Positions 10,158 through 19,098 of a stretch of DNA of 20,000 bases are shown here, piece by piece. The DNA is from Seison nebaliae (Eukaryota), in the NCBI GenBank assembly GCA_023231475.1, contig JALJEE010000341.1:44938-64937 (forward strand). The letters run 5' to 3'. Every line of letters begins with the position of its first letter. The first letter of the stretch is position 1. The translations under genes and the position numbers were made by a program. Below the pieces are notes generated by a model. The model was not told the DNA's origin. It made no database searches and was given only the letters and a program-made list of their open reading frames with translations.

Positions 10158-10279
10158 GACGATGAGGAAAATGGAAATTATCTGTCGTGTGAAGGACGAT
10201 TTGTGGAAATAGAAATTTTTTATTGAAAAAAAATTTTGAAAAAAAATTTTATGATGGAAATTGTTGGCTAAATGATTTG
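10158..10279. promoter_or_regulatory. Putative bidirectional promoter between CYP (-) and AFG1L (+)
   Basis: Only 122 bp separate the two divergent ATGs, and the core has A/T tracts (10213-10251). Inferred from gene geometry. Confidence 0.6.
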
Positions 10280-11791
10280 ATGAATTGTCTGAAGCGTTAT
10301 TCAACCAACTTGAAATTGAAGACATTGAGAGATGTAGGTCAATTTCGATATTCGACGAAATGTTTATTGGAAAAATATGAAGAGAAGGTGGAGAAGAAGG
10401 AAATCGAATCTGATGAGAATCAGATAGAAATCATCAAAAATTATTTGATGCCTTTCGCTCAACTTGCAATCAAACGATTGAGTGACGGTTCGAAAAAATC
10501 AATTTTAAAAAATTTCTTCTCATCTTCATCATCATTATCGTCGAAATTGGAGAAAGGAGTTTATTTATATGGAGGTGTTGGTAGTGGGAAAACGATGTTG
10601 ATGAATTTGACATTTGATTGGATTTCAAATGAATTGCAAAAAGATGGATTAATGAAGAGGGAAATGAATGTGAATAATCAATTGATACGTAGTCAATTGG
10701 ATGGAATTCGACGATGTCATTTCATTTCATTTATGAAAGAATTTCATTTAAATTTACATCGATTGAAAATGGAAGGAAATGTGATGAATGGAGTGGAATT
10801 GATTGGAGAGAGAATATTGAAAGAATCATCGATAATTTGTTTTGATGAATTCCAAGTGACAGATATTGCTGATGCAATGATTATGAGGAATTTATTCCAA
10901 TATTTATTCGATCATCAACTTCTCATTTTTGGAACGAGTAATCGTCGACCGAACGATCTCTATCTTAACGGTTTACAACGAAGTAATTTTCTACCATTTA
11001 TTCCATTATTGGAATCTCATACTTTTCCCATACAAATTCTTCAACATAAAGATTATCGTATTGATCAACAACAACAACAACGGGAAGAAGAAGAAGAAGA
11101 ATCGAAAGACATTGATGAAAAAGAGAAATTTTTAAGAAGGAAATTTCTCTTAAAAAATTCACCTAAAACTTTCTTTAGTTTCGATGACGAATCGTCGAAT
11201 GATATTGTGGAATGGATGAAAAGAAAAGATGAATCAATCGAATCGTTAAATGAATTGAAAGGTGAGGAGATGATGGTGGAGAGTTTTGGGAGGAAGATCA
11301 TAATACCAAATTTAATAAAATTTTCGAAAGAAAATTTCGAAATGAAATTTGGATTTTATTCATTCAACGAATTATTCGAAGAAAATAAAAGTTCCATCGA
11401 TTATGAAAGTATCACCGATGTTTGTTTGAATGGATTAATCGTCTCAAATTTCCCATTTTATGGAATTGATGTTTTTCAGAATTCGTCAGCATTTCGACGC
11501 TTCATCACTTTCATTGATATCGTTTATGATAAGAATCGATTACTCATTCTCCAATTAGACGAATTAAATCGAATTAATTCGCTCGAACAACTTTTCTCTA
11601 TTAAACGTCAATTGGATGAGTCAGTTCTGTATGATCGAATGAAACATCTAGCTGATTATACGGACGGAAAGATCGATAAGAACATCAGTTTATTGACAAA
11701 TGAAGATGAACGTTTCTCCATCCAACGAACAATTAGTCGACTAAATGAAATTTTCAATTCAAAAACTTATTGGGAGAAATCGATTAGATGA
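10280..11791 (+). CDS. AFG1L: AFG1-like mitochondrial AAA+ ATPase (LACE1/ZapE family), single exon, 503 aa
   Basis: The first in-frame ATG is at 10280. Family motifs: Walker A KGVYLYGGVGSGKTMLM, RCHFISFM, Walker B ICFDEFQVTDIADAMI, TSNRRPNDLYLNGLQRSNFLPFI, DYR, FRRFITFIDIVYD and C-terminal ERFSIQRTISRLNE. The basic N-terminus with few acidic residues is compatible with a mitochondrial presequence. Confidence 0.95.
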   Translation: MNCLKRYSTNLKLKTLRDVGQFRYSTKCLLEKYEEKVEKKEIESDENQIEIIKNYLMPFAQLAIKRLSDGSKKSILKNFFSSSSSLSSKLEKGVYLYGGVGSGKTMLMNLTFDWISNELQKDGLMKREMNVNNQLIRSQLDGIRRCHFISFMKEFHLNLHRLKMEGNVMNGVELIGERILKESSIICFDEFQVTDIADAMIMRNLFQYLFDHQLLIFGTSNRRPNDLYLNGLQRSNFLPFIPLLESHTFPIQILQHKDYRIDQQQQQREEEEEESKDIDEKEKFLRRKFLLKNSPKTFFSFDDESSNDIVEWMKRKDESIESLNELKGEEMMVESFGRKIIIPNLIKFSKENFEMKFGFYSFNELFEENKSSIDYESITDVCLNGLIVSNFPFYGIDVFQNSSAFRRFITFIDIVYDKNRLLILQLDELNRINSLEQLFSIKRQLDESVLYDRMKHLADYTDGKIDKNISLLTNEDERFSIQRTISRLNEIFNSKTYWEKSIR

Positions 11792-11800
11792 AAATTATTT

Positions 11801-11823
11801 AATAAAACTTTATTTTTAATAAA
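11801..11823. terminator. Back-to-back polyadenylation signals for convergent AFG1L and the small membrane protein gene
   Basis: AATAAA on + at 11801-11806 and 11818-11823, and AATAAA on - at 11814-11809, all within the 32 bp between the two stop codons. Confidence 0.6.
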
Positions 11824-12117
11824 TTATGCTAATGTTGCTTGATCTGACATTCGTTCTGCTATCGGTTTTGGATTCACTTTAAAGAGAACAATACAGAATA
11901 TTGCACATAATAATAGTACGATAATTGCTACGATACTAATTAGAGTAATGAGCATCGCATTGAACTGAATTGGTCCGTCGATATCTTTCGAATTAGCAGA
12001 CGGTACGGTCAACGTTCTGGTTTGGGGACCGTCCAAATCCGTTACCATTCCAGCATGTCCATATGATTCACGATTTCTTGGTGTGGAAAATAGGAAGTTT
12101 GCTCTCCTCTGCACCAT
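11824..12117 (-). CDS. Small single-pass membrane protein of unknown function (97 aa, or 74 aa if it starts at ATG 12048)
   Basis: This ORF is more GC-rich than its flanks and has a ~27-residue hydrophobic segment (MLITLISIVAIIVLLLCAIFCIVLF) followed by KVNPKP. A minus-strand AATAAA lies just after the stop (11814-11809). I recognise no family, and the start codon is uncertain. Confidence 0.6.
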   Translation of the reverse strand: MVQRRANFLFSTPRNRESYGHAGMVTDLDGPQTRTLTVPSANSKDIDGPIQFNAMLITLISIVAIIVLLLCAIFCIVLFKVNPKPIAERMSDQATLA

Positions 12118-12505
12118 TCGGTTAACGGAGTAACAAATGAAAACGGATCAAATTAAATTCGAATTTTTATTGAATGAAATCCATTCAAACCCATTGTGAA
12201 ATGTTGGAAATGGACCTTCATTCGACTAACAACTCCTTTTACATTATTTGAATGAATTGAGAAAAATTCCTTTAACCTTCCCAACTAATTCCACAAGAAT
12301 AATTGTGATGAATAATCAGGAATTCCAAAAAAAAAAGAATTTTAAAAAATTTTACCAATTCTCACTGTTGTTGTTAAAAAGTTTGAATTTAAAATTTTAA
12401 AAAAATTTCAAAATTTTCTTTATAAATATGATCTTATTCTCCAAATTTAAATTAGTTACAATCTGTTTTGGAATCGGAACAAAATTGGACCCTCGATAAT
12501 TAAAG

Positions 12506-12929
12506 ATGAATGAAAAAGATGGTGATAATATCGAAGAAATCAGATTAAGTGAAGGTTCGAATAATTTTACATTTGTCTTAGTGTGATCGATTGGCAGATG
12601 GGACCTATGAGGCAGAGAAGTTAAAGGAAGAATGCGAAGATGGTTTGAAAGAACTGACAAGCCAATTGAACGAGCTATCAACGAACGAAGAGAAATTGAT
12701 GTTGAATTCTGAAGTCTTGAAATTGCAATCGACTCTAGGAGGTTTCATTTTGATATTTTGAATATTTGTATTTCTACTCATTACAGATATCACATCCAGA
12801 TTGAACGAAGTAAAAGATGAAAATGGAAAATTGAGATCAGAAATTCGTGTATTGAGTCAGTATGTGGAGAATTTGGTTACATCAAGTTCGATCTTTCAGA
12901 ACACAGCCATCCTCTCAACGAAACCATAA
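12506..12929 (+). CDS. SCOC: Short coiled-coil protein (SCOC / UNC-69), 3 exons, 111 aa
   Basis: Exons are 12506-12554, 12598-12741 and 12787-12929, with introns of 43 and 45 nt. The C-terminal half EEKLMLNSEVLKLQSTLGDITSRLNEVKDENGKLRSEIRVLSQYVENLVTSSSIFQ is collinear with the SCOC coiled coil (EEK.RLI.QVLELQ.TL.DLS.RVDAVKEENLKL.SENQVLGQYIENLMSASSVFQ). The ORF track misses it because of the introns. Confidence 0.92.
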
Positions 12930-13000
12930 ATTTATATTTAATTCATCTTTTTCATCTATTTAGAGATATAAATCTATATTTCTTATTATTCATAAATACA

Positions 13001-13006
13001 AATAAA
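13001..13006 (+). terminator. Probable poly(A) signal of SCOC
   Basis: This is the first AATAAA after the SCOC stop, about 70 nt downstream. Confidence 0.45.
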
Positions 13007-13495
13007 AGGACATCATTCTTTGTATCGCTTGGTAAAATGTTATTCTATAATGAATTAACGATGAATTAATTAATTTATATTAAATTCAGAGATTGTACTT
13101 TGGAAATTGAATTAACAAATCGGAAAATGTACCCTTTACATGGATGGGCATTATGGGAAAATGTTGAAGATTATTAAAAATAATCTTTATTGGAAATAAT
13201 AAAAAATTCAAAGTTTAAGCTTATATCTCAGATATAATAGGGAAGTTAAGCTTAATAAGAATCTTGAAAGTAATTTCCATTAACATCTTAACAACAACAA
13301 TATTGATAGTCATAAGCTAAAGAATTTTGAGACGGAAGATCATTTGAAATCAGGAAGTTGATAGAAGTTGAAAATAATAAGTTTGGTGAAAGTTGCGATT
13401 TATTCCAATTTTTTCCGTCGACAGCTTTTGTTGTTTGTAGATAGACAGTAATTTGAATATTCAAAAAATTTTTTTTCGTTAATTTCCATTTCGCC

Positions 13496-15100
13496 ATGTC
13501 TCATTTGAGTCAATTGGATCCGTCGGCGATTCAAAGTGTTCGCTATCCGACTTCTTACGATACCACTTCTCAATACGCTACCATCACTCACGATGACAAT
13601 TATGATATGGATGAGAAGGACTCGATTCAATTACCAAAGAAAAAACGACGTCCAATGGACGACGAGCCGATGGATGAAATGGACGACGAAATGGAAGATC
13701 TAGAAGAATTCGCATCTCACGGAATATTGAAATCGACCGTTGTTGGTGATGGTGAAGATGAGGAAGACGAAGATTTTCCAGGAGAAGAATTATTAAAACA
13801 TTACGAACGGAAACATCGTGACGATTATGATAATGAAGAGGATGATGAACCGAATCATCATGTTATTCATGCTTTCGATATTTATGGTAATCCAATACCA
13901 TCATTTGAACATCCAAATATGGGTTATGAGATGGATGTGAAACCGTTTAAGAAATCGCGTCATCGATCACATCGGAAACATCATCGTCATCGAGATCGAG
14001 AATTGCAATCGATCGATCGATTTATGAGAGACGAAATTTGTCAATTATATGAAATTGATAACGAACAAACAATTCCAACAGATACCAATTTATTTACTTA
14101 TAAAGATGATAGACAATTATTTAATGATCTTTTATTAGTGAATGGAGGTCAAATGGAGAATCAAATCATTGATTGTGCCACCAAACATTATAATATTGTA
14201 TTACCATATCGGATATTGGAGAAGGAAATACCTCCAAGAAAGAATGTACTTCCATCATTAATCGAATCAGCTAAACGGAATATTGCTATCGTTCCAGTGT
14301 GTTCATTCGATCAATTATGTGGTTAATAAATTGAATTATAAAATAATTATAAATTATTATAATTTAATTTTAATTTTTCTTTTAGATGATCTTGAAAATT
14401 ATGTTCAAACAAATCGATTCCAGAATGAGGAACAACTTCAACAACAACAGGAAGAAGAAGATGAAGTAGATGATGATGATGATGATGATGATGTGGTGAA
14501 TGAGGAGATTGAATCGATTCATGAAACTCATCCATATCATCCATCACGACGTGTCATGGAAAATAATGAGAATATTCCACAACATCATATTCATCATTCT
14601 ATTCCACTTCAACCACCACCACATTCATATCATTACAGTAATTATCCTGGAGCGAGAATACCACTCCAACATCATCATCAAATTATTAATCGTTCACATT
14701 TTGAGGATGAGAATCAGGATGATGATAATGAAAACGAGAGAAATCATCCGATGATGGAGCATCATAGAAAGCAGGAACTTATTCCAAATCATCCTCATGA
14801 ATCCAATTTCCATCCAAATCGATATTCTCGACAATTCGACGGTCAAGAAATGAATGTACAATATAGTTAAAATTTGAAATTTTTTAATAATTCAATTCAT
14901 TATCAGGACCAAGAGAACATGTTCGTTTTCAACATCCACCACCACCTAACAATTATGTTCCTCGACATTCCTTCGTCAATGACGAAGATGATGATGAAGA
15001 CAACGATCCAATTGGCAATGAGAAACATAAGAAATTGTATATGGATATGAATCAATCGAACAGAATTCACGATAACGACGAAAGAATTATTATGAGATGA
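13496..15100 (+). CDS. Uncharacterised acidic/His-Pro-rich, largely disordered protein, probably nuclear; 3 exons, ~491-499 aa
   Basis: Exons are 13496-14321, 14386-14865 (alternative donor after 14841) and 14907-15100. The introns are AT-rich GT-AG and join the 276-aa and 195-aa ORFs to a third open segment (PREHVRFQHPPPP...IIMR*). It contains an NLS-like PKKKRRP, D/E tracts and H/R tracts. Confidence 0.8.
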
Positions 15101-15109
15101 AAGAAAAAA

Positions 15110-15127
15110 AGAGAGAGAGAGAGAGAT
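15110..15127. repeat. (AG)n microsatellite in the 3' UTR region between convergent genes
   Basis: agagagagagagagagat just after the stop at 15100. Confidence 0.85.
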
Positions 15128-15347
15128 GAGAATCATCAAATAATTTAATTTTCGAGAAATATTTAATCGAATTATTTCGTTTTGTCCTCTTTATTTCCCT
15201 TCTCATCACACCTCCCCACACCGCTATATATTTTGAGAAAGTTTATGAAAAAAAAGAAATTTCAATTTTTGGAATTCCAATGAAAAAAACATTTCATTTT
15301 CAACAAATTGTTGTTGGTGTTGTTTGTTGGAAAAAGAATTTTAATAT

Positions 15348-18300
15348 TTAAGAGAAAATTTTTAAGGTAGAAATTATTTGGGTGATAGATTGTAATTTAT
15401 TTAGAAGATCTTTCGATATTTCTTTCCCATCATCCTCCTTCATCTTTTTCTTATGATCATCATGAATTAATCGTAATGAGTCTCCATATACTTTCTTCAA
15501 TAGTTCAAGATCATTCAATAGTTTTTCATTCTTCATCTTCTTCATTGTAATTAAAAGTATTTGTTTGATGCCTCTCTGAAGACATTTTATATAAAGAATT
15601 ATCTTCTCTTTAACATTCGCACTTAATCCATTATGCCTATACAACGTATTGATGGCAATACGTCCATTTAATAAAATGACTAAATAAGAAATTGTGGAGA
15701 CCAAATCTTTTCCATTCGTCTCAATCAATGGGAGTACCTCGAGTATCAATACGAGATATTCCATCGGAATGTCTAAGCATAATTCGAATTTTTTTTCTAC
15801 GATTAAATCTGACTGTTTAGCTATTAACATTGGACGTCCAAGAAAGACGGACATGGATTTCATATAATATTTTATAGCAATACGTTTCAATTGTTTATGA
15901 TTGATCGAAGAATTTTCCATGTTATCTCGATATTCTTTGTGATTGAGAGAGGCGAGTCGATGATAAACCGATTGCTCTCGATGAAGAAGACAATCGTTGG
16001 GATAGATATGATCAGAAATGAAAGACAGACAATTTTTCGAATCTAAATAATTTATTGTGATCGTTTGGATGAGATCTTTAATGGACATTTTGGCTAATTG
16101 AGGATTGTCTTGAAGGAGAACTCCGATATTAAAATGAGCTGTCGATTTCGCCCAAAACAATTGAGACTTCAACACATCTAAATTAATATTTGTTTCATTT
16201 TTTGATAAGGAAATTTTATTTAAACATTTCTCCGCTAATTTCAAATGGTTTATTTCTTCGAATAAATAACTCTTCCGTCCATGGAATGATTCCAATTCAT
16301 TTTCTTTGTTCTTCGAATACACAAAACAATAGAGACGACAAATCTTCGCCCAATTCTTATGGATGAACATTTGATTATTTGTATCGTCGATACTTTCAAA
16401 TGCCAATAAAGAATCATTGAAATAATCGGAAACTTCTTTAAAATGACGAATGAATTTCTGCATTTCATTCGATGTCATCTCACCATCAATCTCATTCAAT
16501 TCATCTGAACATTCATTCATTATCATACTCCCAATCTCGTTATTGATGTGACCACACCGTTTCACACATACGGCCACTTGTTTCACCAAATGATGGTGAT
16601 GGTTATTGTGGAAGTAATTTGAAATTTTACTCATCGAAAGAAATAATTCATAATTCGAATAAGATTTTTGATAAAGTGATTTCTTCGATAAATTATTTAT
16701 TGATAAATCATTATTAAGACAATCGATATCAAAAATAGTTTTGATCATTTTCAATAATTTCGTCGCTTTCGATTTGATTTCATTCTTATTCTCTTTCAAT
16801 ATTGATTTGTCATCGATCGATATCAGAATATTATCACCAGTAATCAAATGAATTAATGATGAATATAATAAACATTTATCTCGTTTGTCGTTATGTTTCG
16901 GAGTTGATTTTGAAGAGGAATTAGTAAAGGTCGTTGGAATAACAGATAACTGTTTCTTATTATTTGGTATGCGTCGATCGGTTGATGATATTGAGAATTT
17001 ATTATCGAATAAATTCTTTTGTTTTATCTCATCCATATTGATCTTATTCATTTTCCCATAATAATCGATCAATTTCTTTGAGGAATAAGAACAATCTAAT
17101 GATAATTGATAAAAACCGTTTTTCATCAACATAAACGTCAAATTAATGAATGTGGCAATACATTGTTGGAAGATGAGTGAAATATGATGTGAAATTGTCA
17201 ATCGTTCATCATCTGTCATTTCGAAAATAATTTCGTAAATTTCTTGTAAATGTGTAAGAGATTGAAGGATTCTTTGATAAATTGAACAATTAGTAATTGG
17301 TGGAATATCATCGATATTTTTCGATTGTACAGGAATGTTCTTTTTCGATTTGATCAATTCTTTCAAATCACTCAATTGAAGAATGAGAGAATCATCTGAA
17401 TTCTCTGAGATTGTTCTCTTATTCTCAATGTCATTTACATTCTCCTCTTTCAAACAAAAGTCGATTGAATTAGAGAAGAATGATGAGAAATCGTCAGAAT
17501 TCACATATAATTGTGACAATATTAAATGGGAATAAATGAATAATTCCGATTTCTTCTCCACCATATCCAGACATCTATGTAACAAATAATTGATCGTACC
17601 ACTATTCTCATCACGATTTTCTTCATTAATATTGAAAATGTTAAATGCAATTGCAAAATACAAATTCGTCACTGATTGTTTGTAAATATCTAACGGTAAA
17701 TTTCCATCATATGGTATTGAATCAGATGAAGCTTCTTTTTTTGTCTTAGATTGATAATTCAGTAGAGAATTGATATAACTTTTCAATGAAGTTAAATCAT
17801 ATAATTTAACGATTTCATCACCATCCGCTTTATACAGCCAATAAGTATGACCATCTTTGGTTGCATGTCCTTTCAAGAACGACAGAATGTTTTGTGCTAC
17901 ATCTAAAATGACAGATGGTGAAAAGTTTGATAATGTCGGTATATCTTCCGTATTTAATCGTTCATATTTCTGTACAATTCCATCACAATGCCAACACATG
18001 ACAAGTTGTGGCACATGACAAATCAAATTATCTAGCCACATATCCAAACCGGTGAGAATTCCGATCGGTTTTTTACTGTCACATAATCTCAACGATACCG
18101 TCGGATGTTCTGTGTCACCGAAAATTGGGAGATCCGTTCCAATCAGGAATCTCATATCATTAAAATTCCAGAAGATTTTATGTGTAACATTTGTGCCCAA
18201 ATCATCAGTTGTTGATTGATCAATTGATGTCGGAACATTATCCAAAGAAATTGATGAAAATAAAAATTTTGAAAATAAATCTTTTTCTTTAATCTTCTGT

Positions 18301-18809
18301 TGATTGAGTAACGTATTCTTCAATCGTCGTGCCATTAATTGTTTCTCATCTATATTCTCTTTATTCTCGAAGAATTTCGACCATTCTTGCAAAATTGATA
18401 AAAGATAAAAAAATTTCTGATCTTTCTTTTGTAATCGATAAATATTGAATTGATCAATCAATAATGTCTTTCCGAAACGATGAATCACCAAACTCGTCTC
18501 TCCTTTCTTATCCAATGGCATCTTTACCAACTTCTTGATTGTATTCAAATGAGAAATCACATCAATCTTATTGATCGACCACGGTTCTTGCGAAGCGATT
18601 TGGAAACTTTGATCGAATTCATTATGTTGTTGAAGTGAACGATTAATATTAATTTCTGATTGTGTCCGATTTCTCAACCAATTCTCTGGAGCGATTTCCA
18701 AATTCGTATTTATATCAAGTTGCTCAAATGAGAGATTTCTTCTTAAACCTAATCGTTTAATTCCGTTATTGATCGATTCTTCCCATCTCGATTTATTATA
18801 TTTCTTCAT
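15348..18809 (-). CDS. EDRF1: Erythroid differentiation-related factor 1 homolog, single coding exon, 1153 aa
   Basis: EDRF1 N-terminal domain motifs: APENWLR, IKKLVKMP, VIHRFGKTLLID, LFSKFLFSSI, FWNFNDMRFLIGTDLPIFGDTEHPTVSLRL, LTGLDMWLDNLICHVPQLVMCWHCDGIVQKYE, FSPSVILDVAQNILSFLK, DGHTYWLYK and VKLYDLT. The C-terminal half is helical/TPR-like (HRLASLNH). Confidence 0.93.
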   Translation of the reverse strand: MKKYNKSRWEESINNGIKRLGLRRNLSFEQLDINTNLEIAPENWLRNRTQSEININRSLQQHNEFDQSFQIASQEPWSINKIDVISHLNTIKKLVKMPLDKKGETSLVIHRFGKTLLIDQFNIYRLQKKDQKFFYLLSILQEWSKFFENKENIDEKQLMARRLKNTLLNQQKIKEKDLFSKFLFSSISLDNVPTSIDQSTTDDLGTNVTHKIFWNFNDMRFLIGTDLPIFGDTEHPTVSLRLCDSKKPIGILTGLDMWLDNLICHVPQLVMCWHCDGIVQKYERLNTEDIPTLSNFSPSVILDVAQNILSFLKGHATKDGHTYWLYKADGDEIVKLYDLTSLKSYINSLLNYQSKTKKEASSDSIPYDGNLPLDIYKQSVTNLYFAIAFNIFNINEENRDENSGTINYLLHRCLDMVEKKSELFIYSHLILSQLYVNSDDFSSFFSNSIDFCLKEENVNDIENKRTISENSDDSLILQLSDLKELIKSKKNIPVQSKNIDDIPPITNCSIYQRILQSLTHLQEIYEIIFEMTDDERLTISHHISLIFQQCIATFINLTFMLMKNGFYQLSLDCSYSSKKLIDYYGKMNKINMDEIKQKNLFDNKFSISSTDRRIPNNKKQLSVIPTTFTNSSSKSTPKHNDKRDKCLLYSSLIHLITGDNILISIDDKSILKENKNEIKSKATKLLKMIKTIFDIDCLNNDLSINNLSKKSLYQKSYSNYELFLSMSKISNYFHNNHHHHLVKQVAVCVKRCGHINNEIGSMIMNECSDELNEIDGEMTSNEMQKFIRHFKEVSDYFNDSLLAFESIDDTNNQMFIHKNWAKICRLYCFVYSKNKENELESFHGRKSYLFEEINHLKLAEKCLNKISLSKNETNINLDVLKSQLFWAKSTAHFNIGVLLQDNPQLAKMSIKDLIQTITINYLDSKNCLSFISDHIYPNDCLLHREQSVYHRLASLNHKEYRDNMENSSINHKQLKRIAIKYYMKSMSVFLGRPMLIAKQSDLIVEKKFELCLDIPMEYLVLILEVLPLIETNGKDLVSTISYLVILLNGRIAINTLYRHNGLSANVKEKIILYIKCLQRGIKQILLITMKKMKNEKLLNDLELLKKVYGDSLRLIHDDHKKKMKEDDGKEISKDLLNKLQSITQIISTLKIFS

Positions 18810-19098
18810 CGATATCGATCTTCTTCGTCGTTTAAACTATTTGAAAACAAATAAAATTTCTGGTGAAAAAAACTTGAAAAATATTTTCCTTTAGAAAAGA
18901 AACTTTAAAAAATAATTGTTGAAAGAAAAATAGAAAAATATTTGTGCTGAAAGAAAAATGGGAAACAATGGGGAAAATTTTTGGTGAACGAAAAATGGAA
19001 AGAAAATTTTTAACAACAAAAAAAGGGTAAAAAATTTGAATGAATAAAAAATGCGAAAAAGTTTTGATCGATCAAATTTTTTTAAAATTAGTTTAAGA

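Noticed and set aside
10223..10279. TTG-initiated N-terminal extension of AFG1L in the ORF track
   Set aside because: This is a eukaryotic gene, the extension is A/T-tract promoter-like sequence, and ATG 10280 gives a plausible presequence.
13211..13256. TTATATCT-C-AGATATAA inverted repeat flanked by two TTAAGCTTA copies
   Set aside because: It is short and very AT-rich, with no TIR/TSD structure or other evidence of function.
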